In this document: positions 17,791 to 26,616 of the stretch, piece after piece | Layout: each line of letters begins with the position of its first letter | How positions within the stretch are numbered: position 1 is the first letter of the stretch | Origin: Mycobacteriales bacterium | GTDB taxonomy: Bacteria > Actinomycetota > Actinomycetes > Mycobacteriales > SCTD01 | Direction of reading: 5' to 3' | Length of the DNA stretch: 64,000 bases | Assembly: GCA_040902655.1 (NCBI GenBank) | Contig: JBBDWV010000014.1 | Span: forward strand, 32,952-96,951 | The notes under the pieces: generated by a model | Told to the model about the DNA's origin: nothing | What the model saw: only the letters and a program-made list of their open reading frames with translations | Database searches by the model: none | Made by a program: the position numbers and the translations under genes

Positions 17791-19132
17791 CCCGCCGGTG
17801 GCGACCGTGATCGTCGTGAACTGGAACGGCGAACGCTGGCTGCGCCCGTGCCTGGACGCGCTGCTGCGCCAGCAGAGCAACCTGCCGTTCCTCACCTGGG
17901 TGGTGGACAACGCCAGCACCGACGGCTCCGTCGCGCTGCTCGAGCGGGAGTACCCCCACGTACGCGTGCTGCACAATTCCGAGAACCGCGGCTTCGCCGG
18001 CGGCAACAACACCGCTCTGCGGCAGGTGACGACGCCGTACGCCGTGCTGCTCAACAACGACGCCACCCCGGAACCCGACTGGCTCGAGCGGCTGCTGGCG
18101 CCGTTCGACGAGCCGGGCTCCGAGCGGCTCGCGGCCGTCACCAGCAAGGTGGTCTTCGCGCCGCGCTTCCTGCCGCTGCGGCTGGACGTTCCCGGCTTCG
18201 TGCCGGGCGGCGCCGACCCGCGCGAGCTGGGGCTGCGCATCGCCTCGGTGTCGGTCGACGGCGAGGACGTCACCGGCCGGCTGCTGTGGGAGCGGCTCAC
18301 CTGGGGGTCCGAGGGGGTCGGCGAGGGTCGCTTCTGGTGGACCCGGCCGAGCGGCGAGCTGCTCCTGCCGCTGCCGCACGACACCGGCCCCTGGGAGGTC
18401 ACGGTCGTCTGGTCCGGGGAGCGGGAGAAGTCGGCGCGGCTGTCCTGGGACGGCGGCTCGGTGCTGCTCCCGGTCGAGGAGCATCCCGGTGAGCAGGCGT
18501 TCACCGTGCCGGTGGGCGCCCCCGCGGTCGACGTCGTCAACAACGTGGGCTCGCTGGTGTTCACCGCCGGCTACGGCGCCGACCGCGGCTACCAGGAGGT
18601 CGACGCGGGGCAGTACGACACGGCGCAGGAGGTCTTCGCGATCTGCGGGTGCGCCGTCGCCTTCCGCACCGAGGCGGGCCGCAGCGTCGGCTGGTTCGAC
18701 GACGACTTCTTCCTCTACTACGAGGACACCGACCTGTCCTGGCGGCTCAGGCTGGCAGGCTGGACCCTGCGCTACGAGCCGAAAGCGGTCGTGCGACACG
18801 TCCACTCCGCCAGCAGCGTCGAGTGGTCGCCGACCTTCGTCTTCCACACCACCCGCAACCGGCTGCTGATGCTGGTCAAGGACGCGACGCGGGCGCGGGC
18901 GCGGGGCGAGTACACCGCCTTTCTCAGGGAGACACTGCAGATGGCCCGACCGGTGATCGGGGCACTGCGGCGCGGCCGGCGCCCGGCGGCGCGGCCCCTG
19001 CAGGCGCGGGTGAAGGCCACCGGCTCGCTGCTGCGCCTGACCCCGGGGGCGCTGCGCAAGCGGCGCCAGATCGGCCGGAGCGCCGTCGTCCCGCGTGAAC
19101 GCCTCGACCGCGAGCTCGTGACGAGCCGGTGA
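17780..19132 (+). CDS. glycosyltransferase family 2
   Basis: In-frame part of ORF 17459..19132 from the GTG at 17780. ATVIVVNWNGERWLRPCLDAL, VVDNASTDGS, NRGFAGGNN, FFLYYEDTDLSWRL. Confidence 0.85.
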   Translation: MPSDPPVATVIVVNWNGERWLRPCLDALLRQQSNLPFLTWVVDNASTDGSVALLEREYPHVRVLHNSENRGFAGGNNTALRQVTTPYAVLLNNDATPEPDWLERLLAPFDEPGSERLAAVTSKVVFAPRFLPLRLDVPGFVPGGADPRELGLRIASVSVDGEDVTGRLLWERLTWGSEGVGEGRFWWTRPSGELLLPLPHDTGPWEVTVVWSGEREKSARLSWDGGSVLLPVEEHPGEQAFTVPVGAPAVDVVNNVGSLVFTAGYGADRGYQEVDAGQYDTAQEVFAICGCAVAFRTEAGRSVGWFDDDFFLYYEDTDLSWRLRLAGWTLRYEPKAVVRHVHSASSVEWSPTFVFHTTRNRLLMLVKDATRARARGEYTAFLRETLQMARPVIGALRRGRRPAARPLQARVKATGSLLRLTPGALRKRRQIGRSAVVPRERLDRELVTSR

Positions 19133-20676
19133 GAGCCGCTGTCTACAACCGCTTCTGGCACAGCCAGGGCGGCGGGGAGCGGCACTGCGGGATGATCGCC
19201 TCGGTGCTGTCGCACGACGGCGTCGAGGTCGACCTGATCGGTCACACCGAGGTCGATCGCGACGAGCTGGGCGACCACCTGGGCCTGGACCTGTCCCGCG
19301 TACGGCTGCGCATCGTGCCCGACCGCGGCGACCTGGCACTGGCCGCCCTGTCGGAGGACTACGACCTGTGGGTCAACGGCTCGTACATGAGCCGGCTGGC
19401 CCCCCGGGCCGCGCGCAACGCCTATCTCTGCTACTTCCCGACGCCGTTCGACGTCGACCTGCCGCCGTGGAAGCGCCGGCTGGCCGCCGCCGCCGGACAC
19501 CTGGTCTCGGCGCACACCGGCGGCTTCGACTACGGCGAGGGCTGGTACCCGCCCGAGGGTGGACGTCGGCGGCGCTGGCGGTGGACGTCGGCCGACGCGG
19601 TGTTGGCCTTCCCTCCCAGTACGGCCGAGCGCACCCTGCGCCTGGAGCTCGGCGGCCCGGCGCTGCCCCGTCCCGTGCCGCTGCGCGTCGAGGACGAGCA
19701 CGGCACCCTGCTGTTCTCGACCACCGTCGGCCGGCGCTTCACGCTGCACCGCTTTGCCATCCCGCCCTCGGTCAAGGGCTGCGAGGTTCACCTGCGCGCA
19801 GACACTTTCGAGCCGGGCGGCACCGACAGCCGCCAGCTCGGTGTGGCAGTGTCCGACCTGCGGCTCGAGGGCGCCGCCTACGGCCCGCGGCAGCGGATCG
19901 CCCACGCCCATCCGTGGCTGTTGCGCGCGCCGAAGGACCTGTCGTTCCTGTCCTCCTATGACACCGTGATGGCCAACAGCGAGTTCACCCGGGGCTGGAT
20001 CTCCCAGCTGTGGCACACCGACGCAGACGTGCTGTTCCCGCCGATCCAGGTGCAGCGGCTGCACCCGCAGCCGGTGCGCGAGAAGGCGGTGGTGACCGTC
20101 GGCCGGTTCTTCGCTCCGGGCCTCGGCCATGCCAAGCGGCAGCAGGAGATGGTCTCCTTCTTCGCCGCCGCCCACCGCGCCGGCCGGCTGCCGGGCTGGC
20201 GGATGTACGTCGTCGGCGGGATGGAGGACTCGCAGCGCGGCTACGTCGATGCGGTGCGGGCGGCCGGCTCCGGGGCGCCTGTCGAGGTCATCACGAACGC
20301 TCCACGCTCCACGGTCGAGCAGCTGCTCTCGACGTCGTCGGTGTTCTGGTCGGCGACCGGCTTCGGCAGTGACGAGAACCAGACACCTTGGGCCAGTGAA
20401 CACTTCGGGATGACGACGGTCGAGGCCATGGCCGGGGGTTGCGTACCTGTCGTGATCGACATGGCCGGTCAGAAGGAGATCGTGCGGGAGGGCGTGGACG
20501 GCTACCGCTGGTCGACCCCTGGCCAGCTCCTCGACCGGACAGCGCAGGTCGCCGGCGACGAGGAGCTGCGGGCCCGACTGGCCGCGTCGGCCACCGAGCG
20601 GGCACAGGAGTTCAGCGAGCAGGCGTTCGCCGAGCGTTGGCATGCCATCGCCGCCAAGCACACGCTGCTCGGATGA
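19129..20676 (+). CDS. glycosyltransferase family 4 with inserted beta-rich module
   Basis: 515 aa. VRAAVYNRFWHSQGGGERH N-terminus, EHFGMTTVEAMAGGCVPVVID. About 150 aa are inserted (RWRWTSADAVLAFPP...DSRQLGVAVSDLRLEG). GTGA overlap with the upstream gene. Confidence 0.85.
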   Translation: MRAAVYNRFWHSQGGGERHCGMIASVLSHDGVEVDLIGHTEVDRDELGDHLGLDLSRVRLRIVPDRGDLALAALSEDYDLWVNGSYMSRLAPRAARNAYLCYFPTPFDVDLPPWKRRLAAAAGHLVSAHTGGFDYGEGWYPPEGGRRRRWRWTSADAVLAFPPSTAERTLRLELGGPALPRPVPLRVEDEHGTLLFSTTVGRRFTLHRFAIPPSVKGCEVHLRADTFEPGGTDSRQLGVAVSDLRLEGAAYGPRQRIAHAHPWLLRAPKDLSFLSSYDTVMANSEFTRGWISQLWHTDADVLFPPIQVQRLHPQPVREKAVVTVGRFFAPGLGHAKRQQEMVSFFAAAHRAGRLPGWRMYVVGGMEDSQRGYVDAVRAAGSGAPVEVITNAPRSTVEQLLSTSSVFWSATGFGSDENQTPWASEHFGMTTVEAMAGGCVPVVIDMAGQKEIVREGVDGYRWSTPGQLLDRTAQVAGDEELRARLAASATERAQEFSEQAFAERWHAIAAKHTLLG

Positions 20677-21965
20677 CGCCGGTACGTCGGGTCCGGGCCG
20701 TGGTCGTGAACTACAACGGCGGCGAGGAGATCCTCGCCTGCCTGCGGTCGCTGCTCGCCAGCGAGTGGGAGCAGCTCCAGGTCGTCGTCGTGGACAACGG
20801 GTCGAGCGACGGCAGTGCGGCGCGGATCGAGCGGGAGCTGCCTGACGTCACGCTGTTCCGCTCGCCGGGCAACCTCGGCTACCCGGCGATCAACCAGGTG
20901 GTCGAGGACCTCACCGGTGTGGACGCCGTCCTCGTCCTCAATCCCGACGCCGTTCTCGAGCCGGGCTGCCTGGCCACGCTGGCCGCCGCCCTCGACGAGG
21001 ACCCGGGACTCGGCGCAGCCTGCCCGCTGATCCTGCTGGACGGCAGCTACCGCGAGGTCCGGGTCGAGCTCGACGGTCTCCCCCGCGCGTCGCTGGACCT
21101 GCTCGCCGTCGAGGCCGGCGGGCGGTGGCACCTCACCGGCCCGAAGGTACGCCGGCGCTGGCGCGGCGGGGTGGCGTGGTCGGTTGGTGACGGCAGCGTG
21201 TTGCGGACGACGGGCGAGCGGGTGGCCCTTCGCCTGCAGGCGCACCGGCCGGGCCGGGTCCGGCTCGTCTCCGGCGACCGCACCGTCGAGCAGGCCGTGG
21301 GGCGCTCCCCGATCCACATCGAGACCGCCGTCGGCGGGGCAGCTTTCGAGGTCGTGCAGAACGCCGGCTCGGTGATCGGCCCGCACGGCACCGGCATCAA
21401 CCGCGGCTACCACCGACCGCGGGGACCGGAGTTCGACGCGGCCGTCGACGTGCCGGCCTGGTGCGGTGCCGGGGTGCTGCTGCGCGGCGACTACCTGCGC
21501 CGGGTCGGGCTGCTCGACCCGCGCTGGTTCCTCTACTACGAGGACACCGACCTGGCCTGGCGCGGGCTGTTGCGCGGCTGGCGCTACCGCTACGTGCCGC
21601 AGGCCCGGGTCCGGCACGCCCACTCGACCACCATCGGTCACGGCAGCGCGCGCTACGACGTGCAGCACCATCGCAACCGGCTGCTCACCGTGTCCAAGTG
21701 CGCTCCGGGCGCCGAGCTGCTGGCCAGCTGGGGCGACGCGGTCCGGCTGGTCGGCGTGCAGCTGCGCGGTGACGTGCTGGCGCGGCTGCGCGACCGGCGC
21801 CGGCCCGAGCCGGTGCTCACGGCGCGGCGCCTGCGCGGCCTGGCCGGCGCCGCCCGGCTGCTGCCCCAGGTGCTTCGGGACCGGAAGGCTGTCCGGGCCC
21901 ATGCTGTGCCCGACGACGACCTGCCGGTGCTCGGCCGCTGGCGTGACCCTGCTGGAGTGTCCTGA
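20673..21965 (+). CDS. glycosyltransferase family 2
   Basis: In-frame part of ORF 20439..21965 from the ATG at 20673 (ATGA overlap). VVVNYNGGEEILACLRSL, VVDNGSSDGS, NLGYPAINQ, WFLYYEDTDLAWR. Confidence 0.85.
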   Translation: MTPVRRVRAVVVNYNGGEEILACLRSLLASEWEQLQVVVVDNGSSDGSAARIERELPDVTLFRSPGNLGYPAINQVVEDLTGVDAVLVLNPDAVLEPGCLATLAAALDEDPGLGAACPLILLDGSYREVRVELDGLPRASLDLLAVEAGGRWHLTGPKVRRRWRGGVAWSVGDGSVLRTTGERVALRLQAHRPGRVRLVSGDRTVEQAVGRSPIHIETAVGGAAFEVVQNAGSVIGPHGTGINRGYHRPRGPEFDAAVDVPAWCGAGVLLRGDYLRRVGLLDPRWFLYYEDTDLAWRGLLRGWRYRYVPQARVRHAHSTTIGHGSARYDVQHHRNRLLTVSKCAPGAELLASWGDAVRLVGVQLRGDVLARLRDRRRPEPVLTARRLRGLAGAARLLPQVLRDRKAVRAHAVPDDDLPVLGRWRDPAGVS

Positions 21966-22002
21966 TGGCCCGGAACGTCCTGCTGACCGGAGTGTCCTGA
22001 TG
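21954..22002 (+). repeat. duplicated stop/start junction (GGAGTGTCCTGATG x2) enclosing an 11-codon mini-ORF (21965..22000)
   Basis: The 14-mer occurs at 21954-21967 and 21989-22002. Each contains TGATG. The mini-ORF reads ATG GCC CGG AAC GTC CTG CTG ACC GGA GTG TCC TGA. Confidence 0.8.
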
Positions 22003-22974
22003 CAGCTCGTTGTCCTCAGCGCGCGCCCCGCGATGCTCGGCGGGACGCTGCACCACGTCGCCGCCCACCTGCCCTGGGTCGAGCGGGCCCTGGTCGTGAC
22101 GCCCGCCCGGCTGTCCGAGGCCGTCCAGCGCCTGCACTCCGAGCACCTCCCGGTCGAGGTGGTGACCGACGAGGATCTGCTCGGCGGCACCGGACCGACC
22201 GACCACGCGCGGCGCAACTACGCGCTGCGCGCGGCGCTGGCCGGCTGTGCTGCGGTCGACGAGGTCTTCCTGTCAGCCGACGACGACAACCGCCCGCTGG
22301 TGCACGTGCCGGAGACGACCTACATCCAGGACGGCCGGCACCGGCGCTACACCTTCGGCCACCTCGACGACTGGGACCGGCGGGCCACCTCGCACGACGC
22401 CTGCCAGCTCGCCTCCCGTGCGGTGCTGGCGCTGCACGGGATGCCGCGCCGGGCCTACGCCTCGCACATGCCGCAGGTCATCGACAAGGCGCTGCTCGCC
22501 GAGGTGGTCGCACTGTTCGCCCCAGCGGCCGCACGTGCCCCGCTCGACGAGTGGGCGACGTACGGCAATGCCGCTCCGGCTCTGCATCCGGAACGCTTCG
22601 AGGAGCCCGAGCCCTATCTCACCCTGGGCTGGCCGGACGACACCGCCACCTGGCAGGCCGTGCTCGACCCGGCGGCGCTGACGTTCGAGAACTGCTTCCT
22701 GGAGCATTACGCACCGGGCGCGGTCTTCGCCGGCATCGACCCGGACGACACGTCCTACGCCGCGGCCGTCGACAAGGTGGTGCGTTGGCGGACGTACGAG
22801 CTGCAGGTGCTGGCGGGCGAGGTCCCGGCGGCGCTGGCCCCGCCGGTGCTGCACAGCCGACTCGGCGCTGCGCTGCGCCGGCTCCGGGCTACGGCCGTCG
22901 GTGACCCGGTGCTGCGCGACCGGCGCGACCGAGCCGCCACGGCGACGCTGCTGCGGGCGCTCACGCGTCGCTGA
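22000..22974 (+). CDS. hypothetical protein, last gene of the wzm-led operon (possible nucleotide-sugar transferase, DDD motif)
   Basis: In-frame part of ORF 21466..22974 from the ATG at 22000: MQLVVLSARPAMLGG..., VFLSADDDNRPL. No family recognised. Confidence 0.6.
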   Translation: MQLVVLSARPAMLGGTLHHVAAHLPWVERALVVTPARLSEAVQRLHSEHLPVEVVTDEDLLGGTGPTDHARRNYALRAALAGCAAVDEVFLSADDDNRPLVHVPETTYIQDGRHRRYTFGHLDDWDRRATSHDACQLASRAVLALHGMPRRAYASHMPQVIDKALLAEVVALFAPAAARAPLDEWATYGNAAPALHPERFEEPEPYLTLGWPDDTATWQAVLDPAALTFENCFLEHYAPGAVFAGIDPDDTSYAAAVDKVVRWRTYELQVLAGEVPAALAPPVLHSRLGAALRRLRATAVGDPVLRDRRDRAATATLLRALTRR

Positions 22975-23007
22975 GCGCCCAGGCTGGCGAAGGGGTCGCG
23001 GGCCCGC

Positions 23008-23820
23008 TCAGTCGCAGCCGCCACCGGACGGACGGTCCGGAACGCTCGGGTCCACGACCTCGACGTGCACGTGCGGCCAGTGCGGGGCGACGGTGTGCTC
23101 GTCGACCTGGGAGGTGAAGGGCAGCGTCCGCGCACCGGAGCCGACCACCGTCACGCCGGCCTGGACACGGTCGCCTTTACCGACGGCAAGCCCCTGGAAG
23201 TGCAGGAGCTTGACCTCCCAGCCCGGTCGCGCGGCGGGCTCGACGACCAGGTACTGGTCCACGTAGTCGCAGTAGAGCGTGTAGGTGCCGGCCCGCAGCA
23301 CCGTGCCTGTCACGGGAGAGCGCAGCTCGTGGCTCGGGTCGACGACGATGTCCGCCGCACCCGCTGCGTTCGTGTCCCGCTTGCGGGAGTCCATCAGCCC
23401 GATCCGGGTGCCTCCCTCCACCGGCTGCTGCGGCTGCGCCCCGTCGTGCCCCGACTGGTGCAGGCCGACGACCTCGACGACGCTGCCGGGGAAGTGCAGC
23501 GTGACCGGCCCGACCCTCGCGTACGGACCCCAGCCGGTCCTCGACACCGTGCGGGTCACCGGAGCAGCGCGCCGGGCCGGGACCGGTGTCCGCACCGCGT
23601 GCGGCGGGGCCGGCGACGGATCGGCTGCCGGAGCCGCTGAAGGGATGGCCGACGCCACTGCGTCGGCGGGCTCCGCGCTCACGGCCGGGTGTGCCTTGGC
23701 CGGATCGGTCGGCGCGAGCGCCTCCGGAGTTCCCGGTCCGATGCTGGCGGCCACCAACACGCCACAGGCGAGGACGGCCGCGTTGATGGTCGCGAGCGGA
23801 AAGGCGTGGCGCACGCCCAC
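23008..23820 (-). CDS. M23-like metallopeptidase lipoprotein
   Basis: ORF 23008..23886. Lipobox AAVLACG shortly after the GTG at 23820 (or 23814). SPVTGTVLRAG, GDRVQAGVTVVG, HxH motif PHVHVEVVD. Confidence 0.65.
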   Translation of the reverse strand: MGVRHAFPLATINAAVLACGVLVAASIGPGTPEALAPTDPAKAHPAVSAEPADAVASAIPSAAPAADPSPAPPHAVRTPVPARRAAPVTRTVSRTGWGPYARVGPVTLHFPGSVVEVVGLHQSGHDGAQPQQPVEGGTRIGLMDSRKRDTNAAGAADIVVDPSHELRSPVTGTVLRAGTYTLYCDYVDQYLVVEPAARPGWEVKLLHFQGLAVGKGDRVQAGVTVVGSGARTLPFTSQVDEHTVAPHWPHVHVEVVDPSVPDRPSGGGCD

Positions 23821-23908
23821 GACGGTAGGACGTCGAGTACCCGGATGTGCCGTTTCCCCCAAAGCCCTGCCGCCACGCCCCGGCACCTCGCCGATGATCT
23901 TCTGCGGA

Positions 23909-23952
23909 CTGGATCGGCAGCAGACTGGCCGGCGTGTCTGCTGCCGATCCAG
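23909..23952. repeat. 17-bp perfect inverted repeat (hairpin), possible terminator of the SNF2 gene
   Basis: ctggatcggcagcagac (23909-23925), a 10-nt spacer, then gtctgctgccgatccag (23936-23952). Flanks extend the pairing imperfectly (gatgatcttctgcgg / ccgcagatgatc). No U-tract. Confidence 0.85.
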
Positions 23953-24052
23953 CCCGCAGATGATCCACGTCGGGAAGCCCGCTGATCCAGCGGTCAGCCT
24001 CGCCGACGACCGAGGGGGCAGCCGGCGCCGCCCACAGGCGTGCTGCCGACGC

Positions 24053-26251
24053 CTACGTGAACTGCTCGGCAGCCGTCAACGCATCGGTCAGGAGCGCGAC
24101 GAGAGCCTCCAGCTGCACGTCGACCGACGAGGACACCTCGGCGTCCGAGCCGTCCAGCGCCCGCGCCGCGAGGCCCGCCTTGTCGTCGATGAGTTCGGCG
24201 ATGCGCGCGTCGATGGTCTGCGCGGCGATGATCCGCCAGGCGGTGACGGGCTGGTCCTGACCGATCCGGTGCACGCGGTCGATGGCCTGCGTCTGCTCAG
24301 CGTCGGTCCAGGACAGCTCGGCGAGCACGACGTTCGAGGAGACCTGCAGGTTGAGCCCGACGCCGGCCGCCATCAGCGAGCAGACGACGACCGCGACTTC
24401 GGGGTCGTTGGTGAAGGAGTCGATGGCCTTCTGGCGGGCCCGCGGCGTCTGGTCACCGCGAATGGAGGAGTAGCCGATGCCCTGCTGCGCGAAGGACTCC
24501 TCGGCCGCGTCCATCACCTCCACGTGCTTGGCGAAGAAGACGACCTTCCCCACGTTACGAGCCAGCTGGGCGGTGTAGTCGGCAGCCAGGACCGCCTTCG
24601 CCTGACCGATCCGCCGCATCATGGTGAACACGTTCTCGTCGCTGTTCTTCTCGTCGGTGTCCTGTCGCTCCCAGGCGGCGACCCGTCGTACGAGGTCGTG
24701 GTCGATCCCGTCGACCACTACGCCCGACGTGCGCGCCTCCAGCGCACTCTGGTAACGCTTGACCAGGCGCCGGGCCAGGACGCGTTCGGCATCCCGGATC
24801 GACCGTCCCAGGGCACCTTCGAGTTCGACGGGCAGGTCGGCGATCCGCCGGGCCGGGATGTCGGCCGCGACGTCCACCTTGCGCCGTCGCACGATTCCCT
24901 GGTCGATGACGGCCGTCCTCGCAACCGGGTAGAAGTCCGGGTCGGCCGGCGTGAGGCCGTTCTGTTCGAGCGCCGCCATCAGGTCGGCGCCGGGCTCGCT
25001 GTCACCGATCCAGCCCAGGAACTGCCAGATGGCCAGGAAGTCCTCGATGTCGTTGATCAGCGGCGTGCCGGTCAGCGCCATCAACAGGGGTCGCACCGTC
25101 CGGGCCCGGATCCGCTCGGACAGCTCCAGCACGTGGCGGGAGCGCTGGGAGCGCTTGTTCTTGATGAAATGCGCCTCGTCGACGACCATCCCGCGAAAGC
25201 CGAAGGAGCCGAGCCAGCCGACGTGCCGGTCCAGCACCTCGTAGTTGACGACCACGACGTCGGAGAAGGCATCGACGGTGTGCCCGTCACCGTGGACGAC
25301 GGTGGCGGAGCGGCCGGGTATCCAGAGGCCGGCCTCGCGCGCCCAGTTGGTCTTGACGACATTCGGGACGACGACCAGCAGCGGGTAGGCGCCCGCGGCC
25401 TCGGCGGCCAGCAGCGCCTGGGCGGTCTTGCCCAGACCCGGTTCGTCGGCCAGCAGGAAAGTCCGATGTCTCTGGCCGGCAGCGGCGATCACCTGCGCCT
25501 GGTGTGGCATCAACTCGCGGCCGCCCGGCGCCTGCAGGGAGGACGGCTCGGGGAGGTCCATGCAGGACGAGGCCCCGCCGGAGGCCTGCTCGAACGAGCG
25601 GAGCAGCGGACCGAGCAGCTCCCAGGTGGCCAGCAGGCGTGGGCGGGCAGCGGACGGCGACACGGCGGAGAAGTCCGGGGCGAGGAAGGGGTTGGCCAGC
25701 TGCCTCGAGATGACCGACTGGGGGACCACCTGGCGCTCGGCCCGCTGCGGCGAGGGCGAGGTCGAGGTCGAGGTCGACTCGGTCGGGGCCGTCTCGGCGG
25801 GTGGCTCGATGCCCGCGGCGAGCCGCATCTCGCGCAGCAGGGAGCTGGTCCCGGGCAGCAACTCGGCGTCGTCGGTGAGCAGCGCGAGCAGCGAACTGTC
25901 ACGCGCCGCGGTACGGGCGAGGCTGGTGGCGATGCGGTCGATCCGCTTCAGCTGGTCCGCTCGCCGCGCCTCGGGCAGGCCGCCCGACTGGACGCGGCCG
26001 CGCTCCTCGCGGACCAGGAGGGCGACAGCCTGGAACGTGGTGCGGGTCGACGGCCGGATCTTGCCGCGTTGGACGGCCAGCTCGACGTCACGCACGGCCG
26101 TCGCCAACACCGGCAGGACACCCTCCTGGCGCCCACGGGACTGCCGCGTCTGCCGGCCAGCGGAGCCCGCGCCAGCGGAGCCCGCGCCGCCGGAGCCCGC
26201 GCCGCCGGACCCACGTCGGGCTCGTGTGGCCACGTACCTCTCCTCTGACAT
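24053..26251 (-). CDS. SNF2/Swi2-family DEAD/DEAH helicase
   Basis: LADEPGLGKTAQAL (motif I), VVDEAHFIKN (DEAH), LTGTPLINDIEDF, HRIGQDQPV. ATG at 26251 (MSEERYVATR). The frame stays open 155 codons further upstream, so the start is uncertain. Confidence 0.85.
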   Translation of the reverse strand: MSEERYVATRARRGSGGAGSGGAGSAGAGSAGRQTRQSRGRQEGVLPVLATAVRDVELAVQRGKIRPSTRTTFQAVALLVREERGRVQSGGLPEARRADQLKRIDRIATSLARTAARDSSLLALLTDDAELLPGTSSLLREMRLAAGIEPPAETAPTESTSTSTSPSPQRAERQVVPQSVISRQLANPFLAPDFSAVSPSAARPRLLATWELLGPLLRSFEQASGGASSCMDLPEPSSLQAPGGRELMPHQAQVIAAAGQRHRTFLLADEPGLGKTAQALLAAEAAGAYPLLVVVPNVVKTNWAREAGLWIPGRSATVVHGDGHTVDAFSDVVVVNYEVLDRHVGWLGSFGFRGMVVDEAHFIKNKRSQRSRHVLELSERIRARTVRPLLMALTGTPLINDIEDFLAIWQFLGWIGDSEPGADLMAALEQNGLTPADPDFYPVARTAVIDQGIVRRRKVDVAADIPARRIADLPVELEGALGRSIRDAERVLARRLVKRYQSALEARTSGVVVDGIDHDLVRRVAAWERQDTDEKNSDENVFTMMRRIGQAKAVLAADYTAQLARNVGKVVFFAKHVEVMDAAEESFAQQGIGYSSIRGDQTPRARQKAIDSFTNDPEVAVVVCSLMAAGVGLNLQVSSNVVLAELSWTDAEQTQAIDRVHRIGQDQPVTAWRIIAAQTIDARIAELIDDKAGLAARALDGSDAEVSSSVDVQLEALVALLTDALTAAEQFT

Positions 26252-26616
26252 CCTGACCCGAGGGCCGCCGAACCACGTACCTGCATCCAGCTGCGACAGT
26301 GCGTCGCCTCCGAGCCCCAGCCCCGGACGGCCCGCACGGAACCGGCCGATCCCCGGCGTGACCGCCGGGTTCGCCGCCGGTGCCGCCGGATGGCGGACAC
26401 CGGTCCGCCGGCAGTCACCGGAGCCGTCTGGCCACGGCCCGTCCAGAAGCGCCCCACGAGGAGAGCACCCGGCTCGTCCGGCCGAAGACGACAGCCGACG
26501 AGGACCGCGTGTCCGGCGACGGACGTCGGCCACGTAAGCCCCACCATACGGGTAGGGATCGCGGGAAGGTGGCATCGACGCGATCCGGGACGGCTGCGGC
26601 AGACGTGCACCAGGTC

